DNA of 59,912 nucleotides from positions 1 through 59,912 of the IMG/VR virus record IMGVR_UViG_3300034092_003926. The stretch is one strand, 5' to 3'. Made by a program: the position numbers and the translations under genes. Shown piece by piece: positions 7,988 to 17,305 of this stretch (position 1 is the first letter of the stretch; the number at the start of each line of letters is the position of its first letter). The stretch comes from a virus (Duplodnaviria > Caudoviricetes). The notes below the pieces were generated by a model. That model was given only the letters and a program-made list of their open reading frames with translations, was not told where the DNA came from and did not search any database.

Positions 7988-9604
7988 ATGGTTAAAAAAT
8001 TTGAGTATTCGTGCGGGTGTAGTTTTCCTATATCTCAGGATAATGGAATATCCAAAATATCATTTAATCCTAAAATTGAAAATATTAATCTTGAGTGTCA
8101 AAAAACATGGGATTTAATTTCCAGTGGTAATACAAAAGGTTGTTTTCAATTAGAGAGTCGTCTTGGTCGTAGTATGGCAAAAAAATTGAAGCCAGAAAAT
8201 ATAGAGCAGTTATCTGCTTTAATTAGTATTATGAGGCCGGGATGTTTAGAAGCTGTCAGAGATGGTAAAACAGTCAGTAACCACTATATAGATAAAAAGA
8301 ACGGATTAGAATCTGTTGATTATTTTCATAAAGCTCTTGAACCTGTACTTGGAAATACATATGGCGAAATGGTCTATCAAGAACAGGCGATGGAAATAAC
8401 AAAAGTAATTGCTGGATTTAACCTGCAAGAAGCAGATATGTTAAGAAAGGCTATCGGTAAGAAAAAACCAGAAGAAATGGCCAAGGTCAAAAATAAGTTT
8501 TTAGAGGGTGCAAAAAAGTTGTCTATTGTTAGTGATTCTGAGGCAGAACAAATTTTCGGATGGATAGAAAAAAGTCAAAGATACTCTTTTAATAAAAGTC
8601 ATTCTGTTAGTTATGCGATTAATGCTTATCTATCAGCATATACCAAATCGCACTTCCCTAAAATATTTTTTGCTTCATACTTGAGATTTGCTAAAGACAA
8701 AATAGACCCTCAAGCAGAAATCAAAGAATTAATACAAAATGCCAACGAGATGGATGTTAATATTAACACGCCTGATATTAGAAACTTAAATGAGTTTTTT
8801 GTAATTAAGAATAATAAGATATATTTTGGTCTTACGGATATTAAAGGTGTTGGAAAGTCAGTTTTTGATAAAATTATATCTTTGACCAAAGATATTGATA
8901 TGACCAGCCCCAGCTGGATAGAATTACTTCTTAAAGTTCTTAATAATATAAACTCCATAGCAGCTAAAGCGATAATACAAAGCGGTGCAACGAATTTTTG
9001 CAATAAAACCAGAAATAGTATGTTGTATGAATACAATTTAATTAGTGGTTTAACCAAAAAAGAATCAGAGTTCATACTAAATAATATTAACAAGATTAAA
9101 ACAATTAAAGAAGGATTAGAACTTCTGCTAACTGCACCAAGGATAACAAAAAATAGAAAACAAATCATTCAAGATATGATCTATTCTTTAGTGAATCCAC
9201 CATATTCTTTAGAAGATACTGCTGAATGGCTTGCTGATTCAGAAGATTCTCTTCTAGGATGCTCCATAACATGCTCAAAAATTGATATGTATGATATTAG
9301 TATGACTAATATGAATTGCAGAGAATTCAAAACTAGTCATATAAAAGAGAATATTATTATTGGTGGAGAAATTGATTTTATCAGTGTAACAAAAACAAAA
9401 AATGGTAAAAATCCTGGAGCAGAAATGGCTTTTGTTACGTTGACAGATTCTTATGGATCGATAGATTCTGTAGTATTTTTCCCTGAAAAGTACAAAGAAT
9501 ACAAAAATTTATTGTTTCCTAATAATGTTATAATTGTCAAAGGAAACAAGTCAAAGTCTGGTGATGGGCTAATCGTGGAAAAGGCTTATATAGCTAAAAC
9601 TTGA
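7988..9604 (+). CDS. dnaE: DNA polymerase III alpha subunit, C-terminal part (fingers, HhH, OB)
   Basis: GCFQLES, RPG, TYGEMVYQEQ, ADMLRKAIGKK, YSFNKSHSVSY, PDI, FGLTDIKGVG, MAFVTLTD. Confidence 0.92.
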   Translation: MVKKFEYSCGCSFPISQDNGISKISFNPKIENINLECQKTWDLISSGNTKGCFQLESRLGRSMAKKLKPENIEQLSALISIMRPGCLEAVRDGKTVSNHYIDKKNGLESVDYFHKALEPVLGNTYGEMVYQEQAMEITKVIAGFNLQEADMLRKAIGKKKPEEMAKVKNKFLEGAKKLSIVSDSEAEQIFGWIEKSQRYSFNKSHSVSYAINAYLSAYTKSHFPKIFFASYLRFAKDKIDPQAEIKELIQNANEMDVNINTPDIRNLNEFFVIKNNKIYFGLTDIKGVGKSVFDKIISLTKDIDMTSPSWIELLLKVLNNINSIAAKAIIQSGATNFCNKTRNSMLYEYNLISGLTKKESEFILNNINKIKTIKEGLELLLTAPRITKNRKQIIQDMIYSLVNPPYSLEDTAEWLADSEDSLLGCSITCSKIDMYDISMTNMNCREFKTSHIKENIIIGGEIDFISVTKTKNGKNPGAEMAFVTLTDSYGSIDSVVFFPEKYKEYKNLLFPNNVIIVKGNKSKSGDGLIVEKAYIAKT

Positions 9605-9629
9605 CACCCGTAGCGGATAAACATACAAT
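9601..9629 (+). promoter_or_regulatory. Sigma70-type promoter upstream of ssb
   Basis: TTGACA (9601-9606), 17-nt spacer, TACAAT (9624-9629). Confidence 0.75.
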
Positions 9630-9681
9630 ACAGTACGTTGGTTTTTGGTTAATTTACTTTATTTTTATAGGAGATCGAAAT

Positions 9682-10050
9682 ATGAATATTGTTATGCTTC
9701 GTGGTAATCTTGCTCGTGATCCAGAACTACGATCAGTAGGGTCTGGCGACAGAAAGACATCTGTTGTAAATTTTACCATTGCTACTTCTAGAGAGTTTAC
9801 TAAAGCAAATGGTGAACAGGATAAGATTACTTCATTCATTCAGTGCGAGGCATGGGATAGTGGAGCGGAGACAATTGCCTCTTCGTTTAAGAAGGGCGAT
9901 TTAGTTATTGTTGAAGGATCGCTTAGGAACGATAGTTGGGAAAAGGACGGAGTAAAACATTCTACCTTAAAGGTAAGGGTGAATAACTTCGCTAAGATTA
10001 TCAAAACTAAGAGATCAGAAAAGACAGACTCAGAAACAGTAGCTTTCTGA
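9682..10050 (+). CDS. ssb: Single-stranded DNA-binding protein
   Basis: MNIVMLRGNLARDPELR, FIQCEAW, KGDLVIVEGSL; AGGAG SD just upstream, so the start is 9682 rather than TTG 9601. Confidence 0.92.
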   Translation: MNIVMLRGNLARDPELRSVGSGDRKTSVVNFTIATSREFTKANGEQDKITSFIQCEAWDSGAETIASSFKKGDLVIVEGSLRNDSWEKDGVKHSTLKVRVNNFAKIIKTKRSEKTDSETVAF

Positions 10051-10061
10051 ATTCAATAAAT

Positions 10062-10115
10062 TTATTAGAGTCTCTAGGACTAACACTCCTAGAGATTTCT
10101 AATAATATATCACAA
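10062..10115. terminator. Long inverted repeat after ssb (terminator or processing stem)
   Basis: TTATTAGA-G-TCTCTAGGA / loop CTAACAC / TCCTAGAGA-TT-TCTAATAA. Confidence 0.6.
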
Positions 10116-10132
10116 AAGGACTTATCGATTGC

Positions 10133-11779
10133 ATGACAACCAAAAAAAGAATCTTCATAGCTAATGACGCTAGTATATTAGATACTGGCTACGGCGTGTA
10201 TGGCAAGGAATTGCTAACAAGACTTCACAATAGTGGAAAGTATGAAGTTGCAGAATTAGGCTGCTATTCCCACGTTGGACAAGAGCAGATTAAAAATATT
10301 CCTTGGAAATTTTATCCAAACGCTGTTGTTGGCGACGATGCTAGATTTAATACTTATAGATCAAATCCTGTCAACCAATTTGGAGCATGGAGATTCGTTA
10401 GATCTATTTTGGACTTTAAGCCACACATAGTATTCGATGTAAGAGATTATTGGATGTATGCTTATCAAGAGACTACAACATTAAAGAAATATTTTAGTTG
10501 GATAATAATGCCAACAACAGACTCTGCTCCACAAAAAACAGATTGGCTATATACTTTTGCTAATGCCGATGTTGTTGTGCCGTACACAGATTGGGCCAAA
10601 AAAGTTCTTGCCGATTCATGCGGTAAACTTATCAATCTTTATCCTAAAATTGCTAATGCTGGCATTAATCCTGAAGAATTTTATCCAGTAGAAAATAAAA
10701 CACAACATAAGATCAATTTTTTTGGAAGAGATCATCATGTTATTGGGTTGGTAATGAGAAATCAGAAGCGTAAGCTTATGCCAGATATGATGTTAGCATT
10801 TAGAAAATATTTAGATAGGCTAAAATCAGATAATCTGCATGAAGACTATGAAAAAAGTATTCTATATTTTCATACATCTTTTCCAGAAGAAAATGGGTGG
10901 GATCTTCCAGCATTATTATTAGAATATGGAATAGCAGATAAAACATATTTCACCTATGTTTGTAAAAGTTGCAATACGTTTTTTCCATCTAAATTCCAAG
11001 GATCATGTACTAATTGTAAGAAATGCGGAAATAGAATTGCTATATTCTCTAGTCCTTCCAATGGAATATCTACTGACCAATTAAATCAGATATATAATTT
11101 ATTTGATATATTTGTTCAGTGTGCTATCTGTGAAGGATTCGGTATGCCTCAGATTGAAGCAGCTTCTTGCGGCGTACAATTAGCGTCTGTAGACTACAGT
11201 GCTATGACCGAGATTGTCGAAAAATTAGACGGTTTTAAGATACCGGTTGCTAGACTATTTCGAGAAATGGAAACAAATGCAGATAGAGCAAATCCAGATA
11301 TTAATGAATTAAGTAATATACTATATAACTTTTTTATTAATACTAGTAACGAAAGTAAAATAGAAAAAAGCAAAATTATTCGACAAAAATGTATTGATAT
11401 ATATTCTTGGGATAATGTTTATAAAGTCTGGGATGAGTGCTTTGAATCTGTGGATATAACAAAAAAACTGCCGTGGGAAACTTTAACTCCTTCATCAGTA
11501 GACCATAATCAATCTGTTCCACCAAACTTGAATCCAAAAGAATTTGTTGAGTACATTTGTTTAAATATTATCAAAGAACCAGACTTATTAAAAACATGTA
11601 ATCTTCAAACTTTAATCAGGGATTTCTCTTCTGGTTTGTGCTTCAGCAATGGTGGAATCAGACAGCTAAATTATGAACAAGTTGCTAAAATGTTAGAGAC
11701 ATACTTAACTAATAAAATAGCAGAAGAACAAGCAAGAACAAATCCATCATTATTAGTGAAAGACGACTTTGTATTATGA
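10133..11779 (+). CDS. Glycosyltransferase, GT-B (GT4-like) with inserted Zn-ribbon
   Basis: TGYG near the N-terminus, RNQKRK, YNLFDIFV...EGFGMPQIEAASCG; CKSC...CKKC insertion. Confidence 0.85.
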   Translation: MTTKKRIFIANDASILDTGYGVYGKELLTRLHNSGKYEVAELGCYSHVGQEQIKNIPWKFYPNAVVGDDARFNTYRSNPVNQFGAWRFVRSILDFKPHIVFDVRDYWMYAYQETTTLKKYFSWIIMPTTDSAPQKTDWLYTFANADVVVPYTDWAKKVLADSCGKLINLYPKIANAGINPEEFYPVENKTQHKINFFGRDHHVIGLVMRNQKRKLMPDMMLAFRKYLDRLKSDNLHEDYEKSILYFHTSFPEENGWDLPALLLEYGIADKTYFTYVCKSCNTFFPSKFQGSCTNCKKCGNRIAIFSSPSNGISTDQLNQIYNLFDIFVQCAICEGFGMPQIEAASCGVQLASVDYSAMTEIVEKLDGFKIPVARLFREMETNADRANPDINELSNILYNFFINTSNESKIEKSKIIRQKCIDIYSWDNVYKVWDECFESVDITKKLPWETLTPSSVDHNQSVPPNLNPKEFVEYICLNIIKEPDLLKTCNLQTLIRDFSSGLCFSNGGIRQLNYEQVAKMLETYLTNKIAEEQARTNPSLLVKDDFVL

Positions 11780-12522
11780 CACAAATTTCTCAAGTTCATA
11801 CTCCTTGTAAAAATTGCAGCTTTGCTATATATAAAGATAATACTCAAATAGATTGTGCTCTAAAATATCTAGATATTTATAAAAGCAAAAATATTGAGGT
11901 ATTAGAAGTTTATGATGAAGAAAAGGAGTTTTATGTTGTAAACGATAAAAAATGTATAGGATATCGTAATGATTCTTGGTTAAAAGATCACGATCTAATA
12001 AACTCTTCTATAGAAGAAAAAATTCTACAATACAATAAATCAAACCATCTTTCATATACGTGTGTTGTAAATACTAAAGATGCAAAATTTAATGATTTAA
12101 TAGATATAATACATAATATAGAGTCAAGCAAAATCTTACCAAAAAAATTACATATTGTAAGATATAATAATAATAATGAATTCGATTTCAATAAACTTAA
12201 TGCAATTTTATCTAAACTGTCTTATCCGTGGAAGATCCACACTTGTGTGGATGATTCTGCTTTTGAATTTTTTATACATAATGTTACAATAAATGATCAA
12301 GATGCTAGATTTATTTTATGTATTAATAATCTTTCTGAATTAGCAGCGAATACAGTTATAGAGAAAGCGAATGAAATTACTCACAAAAATTTGGATCAAT
12401 TTATAGCAATATCTTTAAAAAATAACTATAATATAAGAATATTCAATAAAAATGTTTATAAATTTGATAAGTTAAATGGCTTCGTATTATTAAGCGATGA
12501 AAAAAATTATATATTAGTATGA
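11776..12522 (+). CDS. Hypothetical protein (N-terminal Cys motif)
   Basis: 248-aa ORF coupled by ATGA overlaps on both sides; CKNC...C...C. Confidence 0.7.
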   Translation: MTQISQVHTPCKNCSFAIYKDNTQIDCALKYLDIYKSKNIEVLEVYDEEKEFYVVNDKKCIGYRNDSWLKDHDLINSSIEEKILQYNKSNHLSYTCVVNTKDAKFNDLIDIIHNIESSKILPKKLHIVRYNNNNEFDFNKLNAILSKLSYPWKIHTCVDDSAFEFFIHNVTINDQDARFILCINNLSELAANTVIEKANEITHKNLDQFIAISLKNNYNIRIFNKNVYKFDKLNGFVLLSDEKNYILV

Positions 12523-13133
12523 ACTTTATTATCTTAGGCGATAAATTTCAAAAAAGAATGAAGTCAAAAGGGTGTGTGGGTCTAATAAAAATAAAAAATA
12601 AACCTATAATAGACCATCAATATTCTATTATAAAAAAGTTTTTTCCATCAGCAAAAATTATTTATGTAGCTGGATTTGAATATAAAAAAATATCTTCTTT
12701 TTTAGACAAAAACGATAACTATAAAGATATAATTTTATTGAATAATAAAAACTATGAAAAATATAATAATGTTCATTCTTTATCATTAGCAGAAAATTAT
12801 TTAGATGACGAATGTTTTATTATGTTTGGAGATAAAATTTTAACAAAACCAATACTTAAAAAATTTGATACCAATAATGGCTGTCAAATATTTATTGATA
12901 ACAGTAAAAAAGAAAGTCTCGGATGCATTATACAAAAGTCTATTATAGAAACAATATCTTACGATATAAATAACTATTTATTAGATATGTATTATATTTC
13001 AGCTCCATGTGCCCAAAAGATAAAATCACTTATTCAAACTCAAAAATACAATAATTTTTTTATATTTGAAATTATTAATAAACTGATTAATAGCAATACT
13101 ATTTTTAAACCTTTTTATGTAGGTGAATCATGA
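12519..13133 (+). CDS. Nucleotidyltransferase-fold protein (LicC/NTP_transferase-like, degenerate signature)
   Basis: FIILG...RMKS, LIKIKNKPIIDHQ, IYVAGF, N..Y...NNVHSL.LA, FIMFGD; the canonical GxGxR motif is not intact. Confidence 0.6.
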   Translation: MNFIILGDKFQKRMKSKGCVGLIKIKNKPIIDHQYSIIKKFFPSAKIIYVAGFEYKKISSFLDKNDNYKDIILLNNKNYEKYNNVHSLSLAENYLDDECFIMFGDKILTKPILKKFDTNNGCQIFIDNSKKESLGCIIQKSIIETISYDINNYLLDMYYISAPCAQKIKSLIQTQKYNNFFIFEIINKLINSNTIFKPFYVGES

Positions 13134-13393
13134 AGTCATCATTAGGTATTCTAATACAAGATTTTTCTAATATTTCTGAAAAACTGAACCAAATAAAATC
13201 ATCTTTTAAAACATATGATGATTTTGTAATATTTACAGATTTTTTCATTAATAATAACAAAATTTATAACTATAGTATTTTTTCTACTTTCTACATGAAA
13301 TTTTTTCAAGGAAATGTTTTATTTTTAGATGAAAAGAGCTACGAAGAACACAAAGATAATATTGTTGGCCAGGCCATTTTATATAGGAATTAA
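13130..13393 (+). CDS. Hypothetical protein
   Basis: 87-aa ORF, ATGA-coupled, AGGTG SD. Confidence 0.6.
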   Translation: MKSSLGILIQDFSNISEKLNQIKSSFKTYDDFVIFTDFFINNNKIYNYSIFSTFYMKFFQGNVLFLDEKSYEEHKDNIVGQAILYRN

Positions 13394-13395
13394 AT

Positions 13396-14190
13396 ATGAA
13401 TTACGATAAACTCACCGAGTCTGCTAAAAAGACATTATTAGTAAAAGAATATGAAGATAATAAAAAATCATTTAAAGATATAGCCAATGAATATGGAACA
13501 TATCCTAACAAAGTAAGACGAGATGCCATAAAACTAAAAATTAAAATTAGAGATAAAAGCGAAGCACAGAAAAATGTTTTGGCTCTTGGTAAGGCTGAAC
13601 ATCCTACTCAGGGCAAAGAAAGATCAGAAAGTATCAAGAAAAAAATAGGTCAAAGTGTTATGGAAGCATGGGATAATCTTGATAATGATGAACTAGAAAA
13701 TAGAAAGAAAAAAGCCAGAGACAATTGGAATAAACTACCAGAAGATATAAAAGAAAATATATTGCAAGAGGCGAATAATGCTGTTAGGAAAGCTAGTCGT
13801 GTTGGCTCAAAACTGGAACATCATTTGTTAAATAGTCTGGTGAACGACGGTTTCAAGGTTGACTTTCACAAAGAACAAAATCTATTGAACACCAAGTTGC
13901 AAATAGATCTGTTTTTACCTAAAATGAATGTAGCAATAGAAGTTGACGGCGTTAGTCATTTTGAACCAGTGTGGGGAGAAGATAGTCTAAAAAGAAATAA
14001 AAAATACGATAATAAGAAAACGGGTCTTATTCTTGGAAAGGGCATGGTATTGATTAGAGTTTTACAAAAAAAGGATTATTCTAAATCTCGTGGTGATTGT
14101 ATGTATCAAGAATTAAAAGCTGTTCTTGAAAAAATCAAAAATAAATTTCCAGAACCAGATAATAGGATTATAATAATAGGAGATAAATAA
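13396..14190 (+). CDS. DUF559/Vsr-like endonuclease with N-terminal HTH and NUMOD3-like segment
   Basis: SKLE...QIDLFLPKMNVAIEVDGVSHF...D..K...G..LIRV; N-terminal SFKDIANEYG HTH; GKERSESIKKKIG. Confidence 0.7.
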   Translation: MNYDKLTESAKKTLLVKEYEDNKKSFKDIANEYGTYPNKVRRDAIKLKIKIRDKSEAQKNVLALGKAEHPTQGKERSESIKKKIGQSVMEAWDNLDNDELENRKKKARDNWNKLPEDIKENILQEANNAVRKASRVGSKLEHHLLNSLVNDGFKVDFHKEQNLLNTKLQIDLFLPKMNVAIEVDGVSHFEPVWGEDSLKRNKKYDNKKTGLILGKGMVLIRVLQKKDYSKSRGDCMYQELKAVLEKIKNKFPEPDNRIIIIGDK

Positions 14191-14192
14191 AA

Positions 14193-14900
14193 ATGGTCAA
14201 GAAAAAAGAAGTTATTGAGAATGAAACGCAACCAGCATCTGTAACACCCAATGATCTGGAGTGGACTGATTACGTTTTAGGATTATTAAGCGAAGACGAA
14301 AAAATAGCCGGTAATCCTACAACAGACGGATTAAGAAGAATATTTGAAACTGCGCTAAATTGTACGGTTATTCGTGCAGAATCCTCTGTGGCTCAATCTC
14401 CTTCTATAGATAACGAGCGTAGGGCCACTGTGGTTCATTCTCTGACCTACATTTTAAATAATGGAGACATTGATGATGGAACTAAATTCCGCACGATCAG
14501 TGGAGCGGCAGACGTTTATTGGGGCAACTGCGATAAGATTTATAGAAATCATCCTGTGGCCGTTGCTGAAACACGAGCAGAAGGAAGAGCTTTACGAAGA
14601 GCACTTAAATTACGCAAAGTAGTAGCCGCTGAAGAAATAGCAAAAGAAATAGATACTGAGCACTTAGAAGAAAATAATATTGGTAAAATTAATAGTACTC
14701 AAATAAATTTCTTTGATGTCTTTGGTAAAAGATTAGATATTAACGTTCATAAACTTTTAAATAAACTTGCTATTGACAGTAAAAATATCTATAATATATC
14801 ATACGATGATGCTGTAAAAACCATTACAACATTATCAGGTTATCAACAAAACAACGATGTGCCTCAAGATATTCTTGGGTATGATCCTAACTGGAAATAA
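14193..14900 (+). CDS. Probable single-strand annealing protein (Rad52/Sak-like)
   Basis: GLRRI...ATVV...SGAAD...AVAETRAEGRALRRAL pattern; replication-operon context. Confidence 0.5.
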   Translation: MVKKKEVIENETQPASVTPNDLEWTDYVLGLLSEDEKIAGNPTTDGLRRIFETALNCTVIRAESSVAQSPSIDNERRATVVHSLTYILNNGDIDDGTKFRTISGAADVYWGNCDKIYRNHPVAVAETRAEGRALRRALKLRKVVAAEEIAKEIDTEHLEENNIGKINSTQINFFDVFGKRLDINVHKLLNKLAIDSKNIYNISYDDAVKTITTLSGYQQNNDVPQDILGYDPNWK

Positions 14901-14909
14901 GGGTGAAAC

Positions 14910-15233
14910 ATGAAGGTAAAGTATAAGGTCGGTGATAAATTAGAATTTGAACTTGAAGGATCAGGTCAAAAAGAAATTTTTAAGGAACTGGCTCTTATAC
15001 AAGAAATCTTCGCAGAAGAAAAGTGTGGATTGTGCGGAAGCACCAATCTTCGCTTTGTTGTTCGTAGCGTAGAAGGAAATGACTACTATGAACTTCGTTG
15101 TGCTGATTGTGGAGCTGTATTAGCTTTTGGACAACACAAAAAGGGCGGAACATTATTTCCAAAACGAAAAGATGACGAAGGTAATTATTTACCCAACAAG
15201 GGATGGCACAAGTGGAATAAGGATACCAAATGA
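14910..15233 (+). CDS. Zn-ribbon hypothetical protein
   Basis: CGLCG...CADCG. Confidence 0.7.
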   Translation: MKVKYKVGDKLEFELEGSGQKEIFKELALIQEIFAEEKCGLCGSTNLRFVVRSVEGNDYYELRCADCGAVLAFGQHKKGGTLFPKRKDDEGNYLPNKGWHKWNKDTK

Positions 15234-15781
15234 TATCATTAAATGAACCAATAGAAATTAAGCTACCAAATAAAAACTTAGTTTTAACGGAGCTTGAAAT
15301 CGTTTTTCATGATGATGAAAAGAATAGAACCTTATCTGCTACAGTCAAAAATATACCGGGATATATAATCCTATACAAAGATGATCAATACGAGCTGATT
15401 GGAAACTGGACAAAAGAACAAGCTAAATCTAAACTTGTAGAAAGTTTAGGTCCAACAGAAGAAATGACAAAAAAATTAAGAGCAATGTTTCCTAAAACAT
15501 TAGAAGATCATCCTTATGGACCTGGTACTATGCTATCTCAAATGCTAAGTACAATTGGGATAACATCATCTCCAACGTGCAAATGTAAGCAAAGAGCGAT
15601 AGAAATGAATGAAAAGGGTAGCGATTGGTGTGAACAAAATATTGACACTATTTTAGAATGGATGAAAGAAGAAAGTGTTAAAAGAGGAATACCATTTGTA
15701 AGCACCGCCGCAAAACTTATGGTAAATAGAGCCATAGCTAAATCGCGTAAACTTTTAGCAGATACGGCAGCGGGTGTATAA
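15230..15781 (+). CDS. Hypothetical protein with C-terminal CxC...WC domain (paralog of 17294-17710)
   Basis: GPGTMLSQML...CKC....MNEKGSDWCEQNIDTILEWMKEES. Confidence 0.7.
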   Translation: MISLNEPIEIKLPNKNLVLTELEIVFHDDEKNRTLSATVKNIPGYIILYKDDQYELIGNWTKEQAKSKLVESLGPTEEMTKKLRAMFPKTLEDHPYGPGTMLSQMLSTIGITSSPTCKCKQRAIEMNEKGSDWCEQNIDTILEWMKEESVKRGIPFVSTAAKLMVNRAIAKSRKLLADTAAGV

Positions 15782-15799
15782 GAGTACTAGAGGTACTCT
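15774..15799 (+). promoter_or_regulatory. Putative late promoter overlapping an SD-sequestering hairpin
   Basis: GTGTAT-N5-TA at 15774-15786; AGAGTAC-TAGAG-GTACTCT (15781-15799) abuts ATG 15800 and contains GAGG. Confidence 0.55.
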
Positions 15800-17305
15800 A
15801 TGCAAAATAAAGAAACTAATTTAGATCGTATTTATACAAAAATTAATGGAGTAAATAAATTTGGCCGTAAAACACAAATACGATCAATCGGTATAGACTA
15901 TAAAAGGATTAATGGTAATCTTACGGATATTCGTTCAGCAGTATTTTATGTGAACGAAAAAAAACCAATATCTCAACTTAATGCTGACAAAATAATTCCA
16001 TCAACTGTTATTGTAAATGGGATAGAATACCCAACAGATGTTGTTGAACAAAAAATAAGATATACTGTATTAACAGACGGTTGTTGGGGAACTAATATAG
16101 CTTCGTGGAGTTCTGAGCATAAAAAAAGATTAAGACAATATACTGCCTATGATCCACAAGGAAATTCACAAAACACTACTCCTCCGTCTGGCACAGTAAA
16201 TAAACCTGTGCAGGGAGGCGTTTCTGCTGGCCAGCAGTATGGTGGAACAGGGACTCTCGGATGTATAGTTCAAGATGATACAAATAGTACAATATGTGGA
16301 CTGAGTAATTTACACGTATTTGTTGGTGATGGATTTTTAGCATCAGAAAAAAAGATTTTAAAAGATCTAGGTTATCCTAATAAGATATTTAATCTATTTA
16401 AGAAGGGCACTGTACAATCTGGTGAGCCTAAAGGCGGAACCAGACCAAGTCCATACAATAAAGAACAAGGTATCGGATTTGTTAAAAGATATACGCCTCT
16501 ATATTTTTGGAATTGGGATGAAAGCAATAACTTAGTTTATCATAATTATGTAGATTGTGCTATAACATCGTTACAGCTTTTATCTGAAGATTCAAACAAA
16601 ATACCAGGAAGCCAATTAACACAAAATGCTGTTATTTGGTCTGATTCTACTAAACAATTAAACATGTTTTTTACTGACGGCAGTAATCCTTCCAATTATC
16701 CTTTTGCTACTACAGAGGAAATAGACAGTTTACAACCAGGAGCAAGAGTGTGGAAAAGCGGAAGAACAACAGGCTTCGTTGGAAAGGATGAATGTATATT
16801 AGAATTTAAAGGAGAAGTACCATTTATAAATGTTTATGGATATAACTTTTCTATTTTTAGTGTAGAAGTATTATTTGAAGATGTACTAAAATTTGGCTAT
16901 CGACTAGTAGGTAGCGAAACAATTCCTAGACCAGCAGCCATCTTAGGCGGAGATAGCGGTTCTGTTTTAATTAGCGATTTTAATGGTACAAAAAAAATTA
17001 TTGGATTAAATTTTGCTGGTGGTCCTGATTCATCAAGAGCTGGCCCTGGTAGTGCTGGTTTTGCATGTAGAATAGATAGAGTGGCTCAGTCGTTGGAAAT
17101 ATCTTCTTTCTCTACTGAGAATATGTTTTGGGATGCTAATGCCTTTGCAAGTCCTGGTCAATGGGAGTATGCAAATGCATATTTTGATAATCCTCAACAA
17201 TGGGATTATTTAATAGAAAGTGGATACAGCGATCAAAGAAAAATTGAGAAATCTATTAATGGTGGGCCAATTAAAACATATTATCAATTTGGATTATATA
17301 AGTGA
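15800..17305 (+). CDS. Trypsin-like (PA clan) serine protease
   Basis: GTLGCIV, His in LSNLHV, Asp in VDCAI, VWKSGRTTG, Ser in GGDSGS, IIGLNFAG; N-terminal prodomain-like region. Confidence 0.82.
   Translation: MQNKETNLDRIYTKINGVNKFGRKTQIRSIGIDYKRINGNLTDIRSAVFYVNEKKPISQLNADKIIPSTVIVNGIEYPTDVVEQKIRYTVLTDGCWGTNIASWSSEHKKRLRQYTAYDPQGNSQNTTPPSGTVNKPVQGGVSAGQQYGGTGTLGCIVQDDTNSTICGLSNLHVFVGDGFLASEKKILKDLGYPNKIFNLFKKGTVQSGEPKGGTRPSPYNKEQGIGFVKRYTPLYFWNWDESNNLVYHNYVDCAITSLQLLSEDSNKIPGSQLTQNAVIWSDSTKQLNMFFTDGSNPSNYPFATTEEIDSLQPGARVWKSGRTTGFVGKDECILEFKGEVPFINVYGYNFSIFSVEVLFEDVLKFGYRLVGSETIPRPAAILGGDSGSVLISDFNGTKKIIGLNFAGGPDSSRAGPGSAGFACRIDRVAQSLEISSFSTENMFWDANAFASPGQWEYANAYFDNPQQWDYLIESGYSDQRKIEKSINGGPIKTYYQFGLYK

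Noticed and set aside
7000-8100. Split intein joining the DnaE halves (DnaE-C starts MVK like cyanobacterial Int-C)
   Set aside because: No Cys/Ser-initiated Int-N at the end of DnaE-N, no HN/xN-C junction in DnaE-C, and the YSFNKSH site is intact.
9601-9681. 27-aa N-terminal extension of SSB from TTG 9601
   Set aside because: That TTG is the -35 box; the SD and OB-fold start point to ATG 9682.
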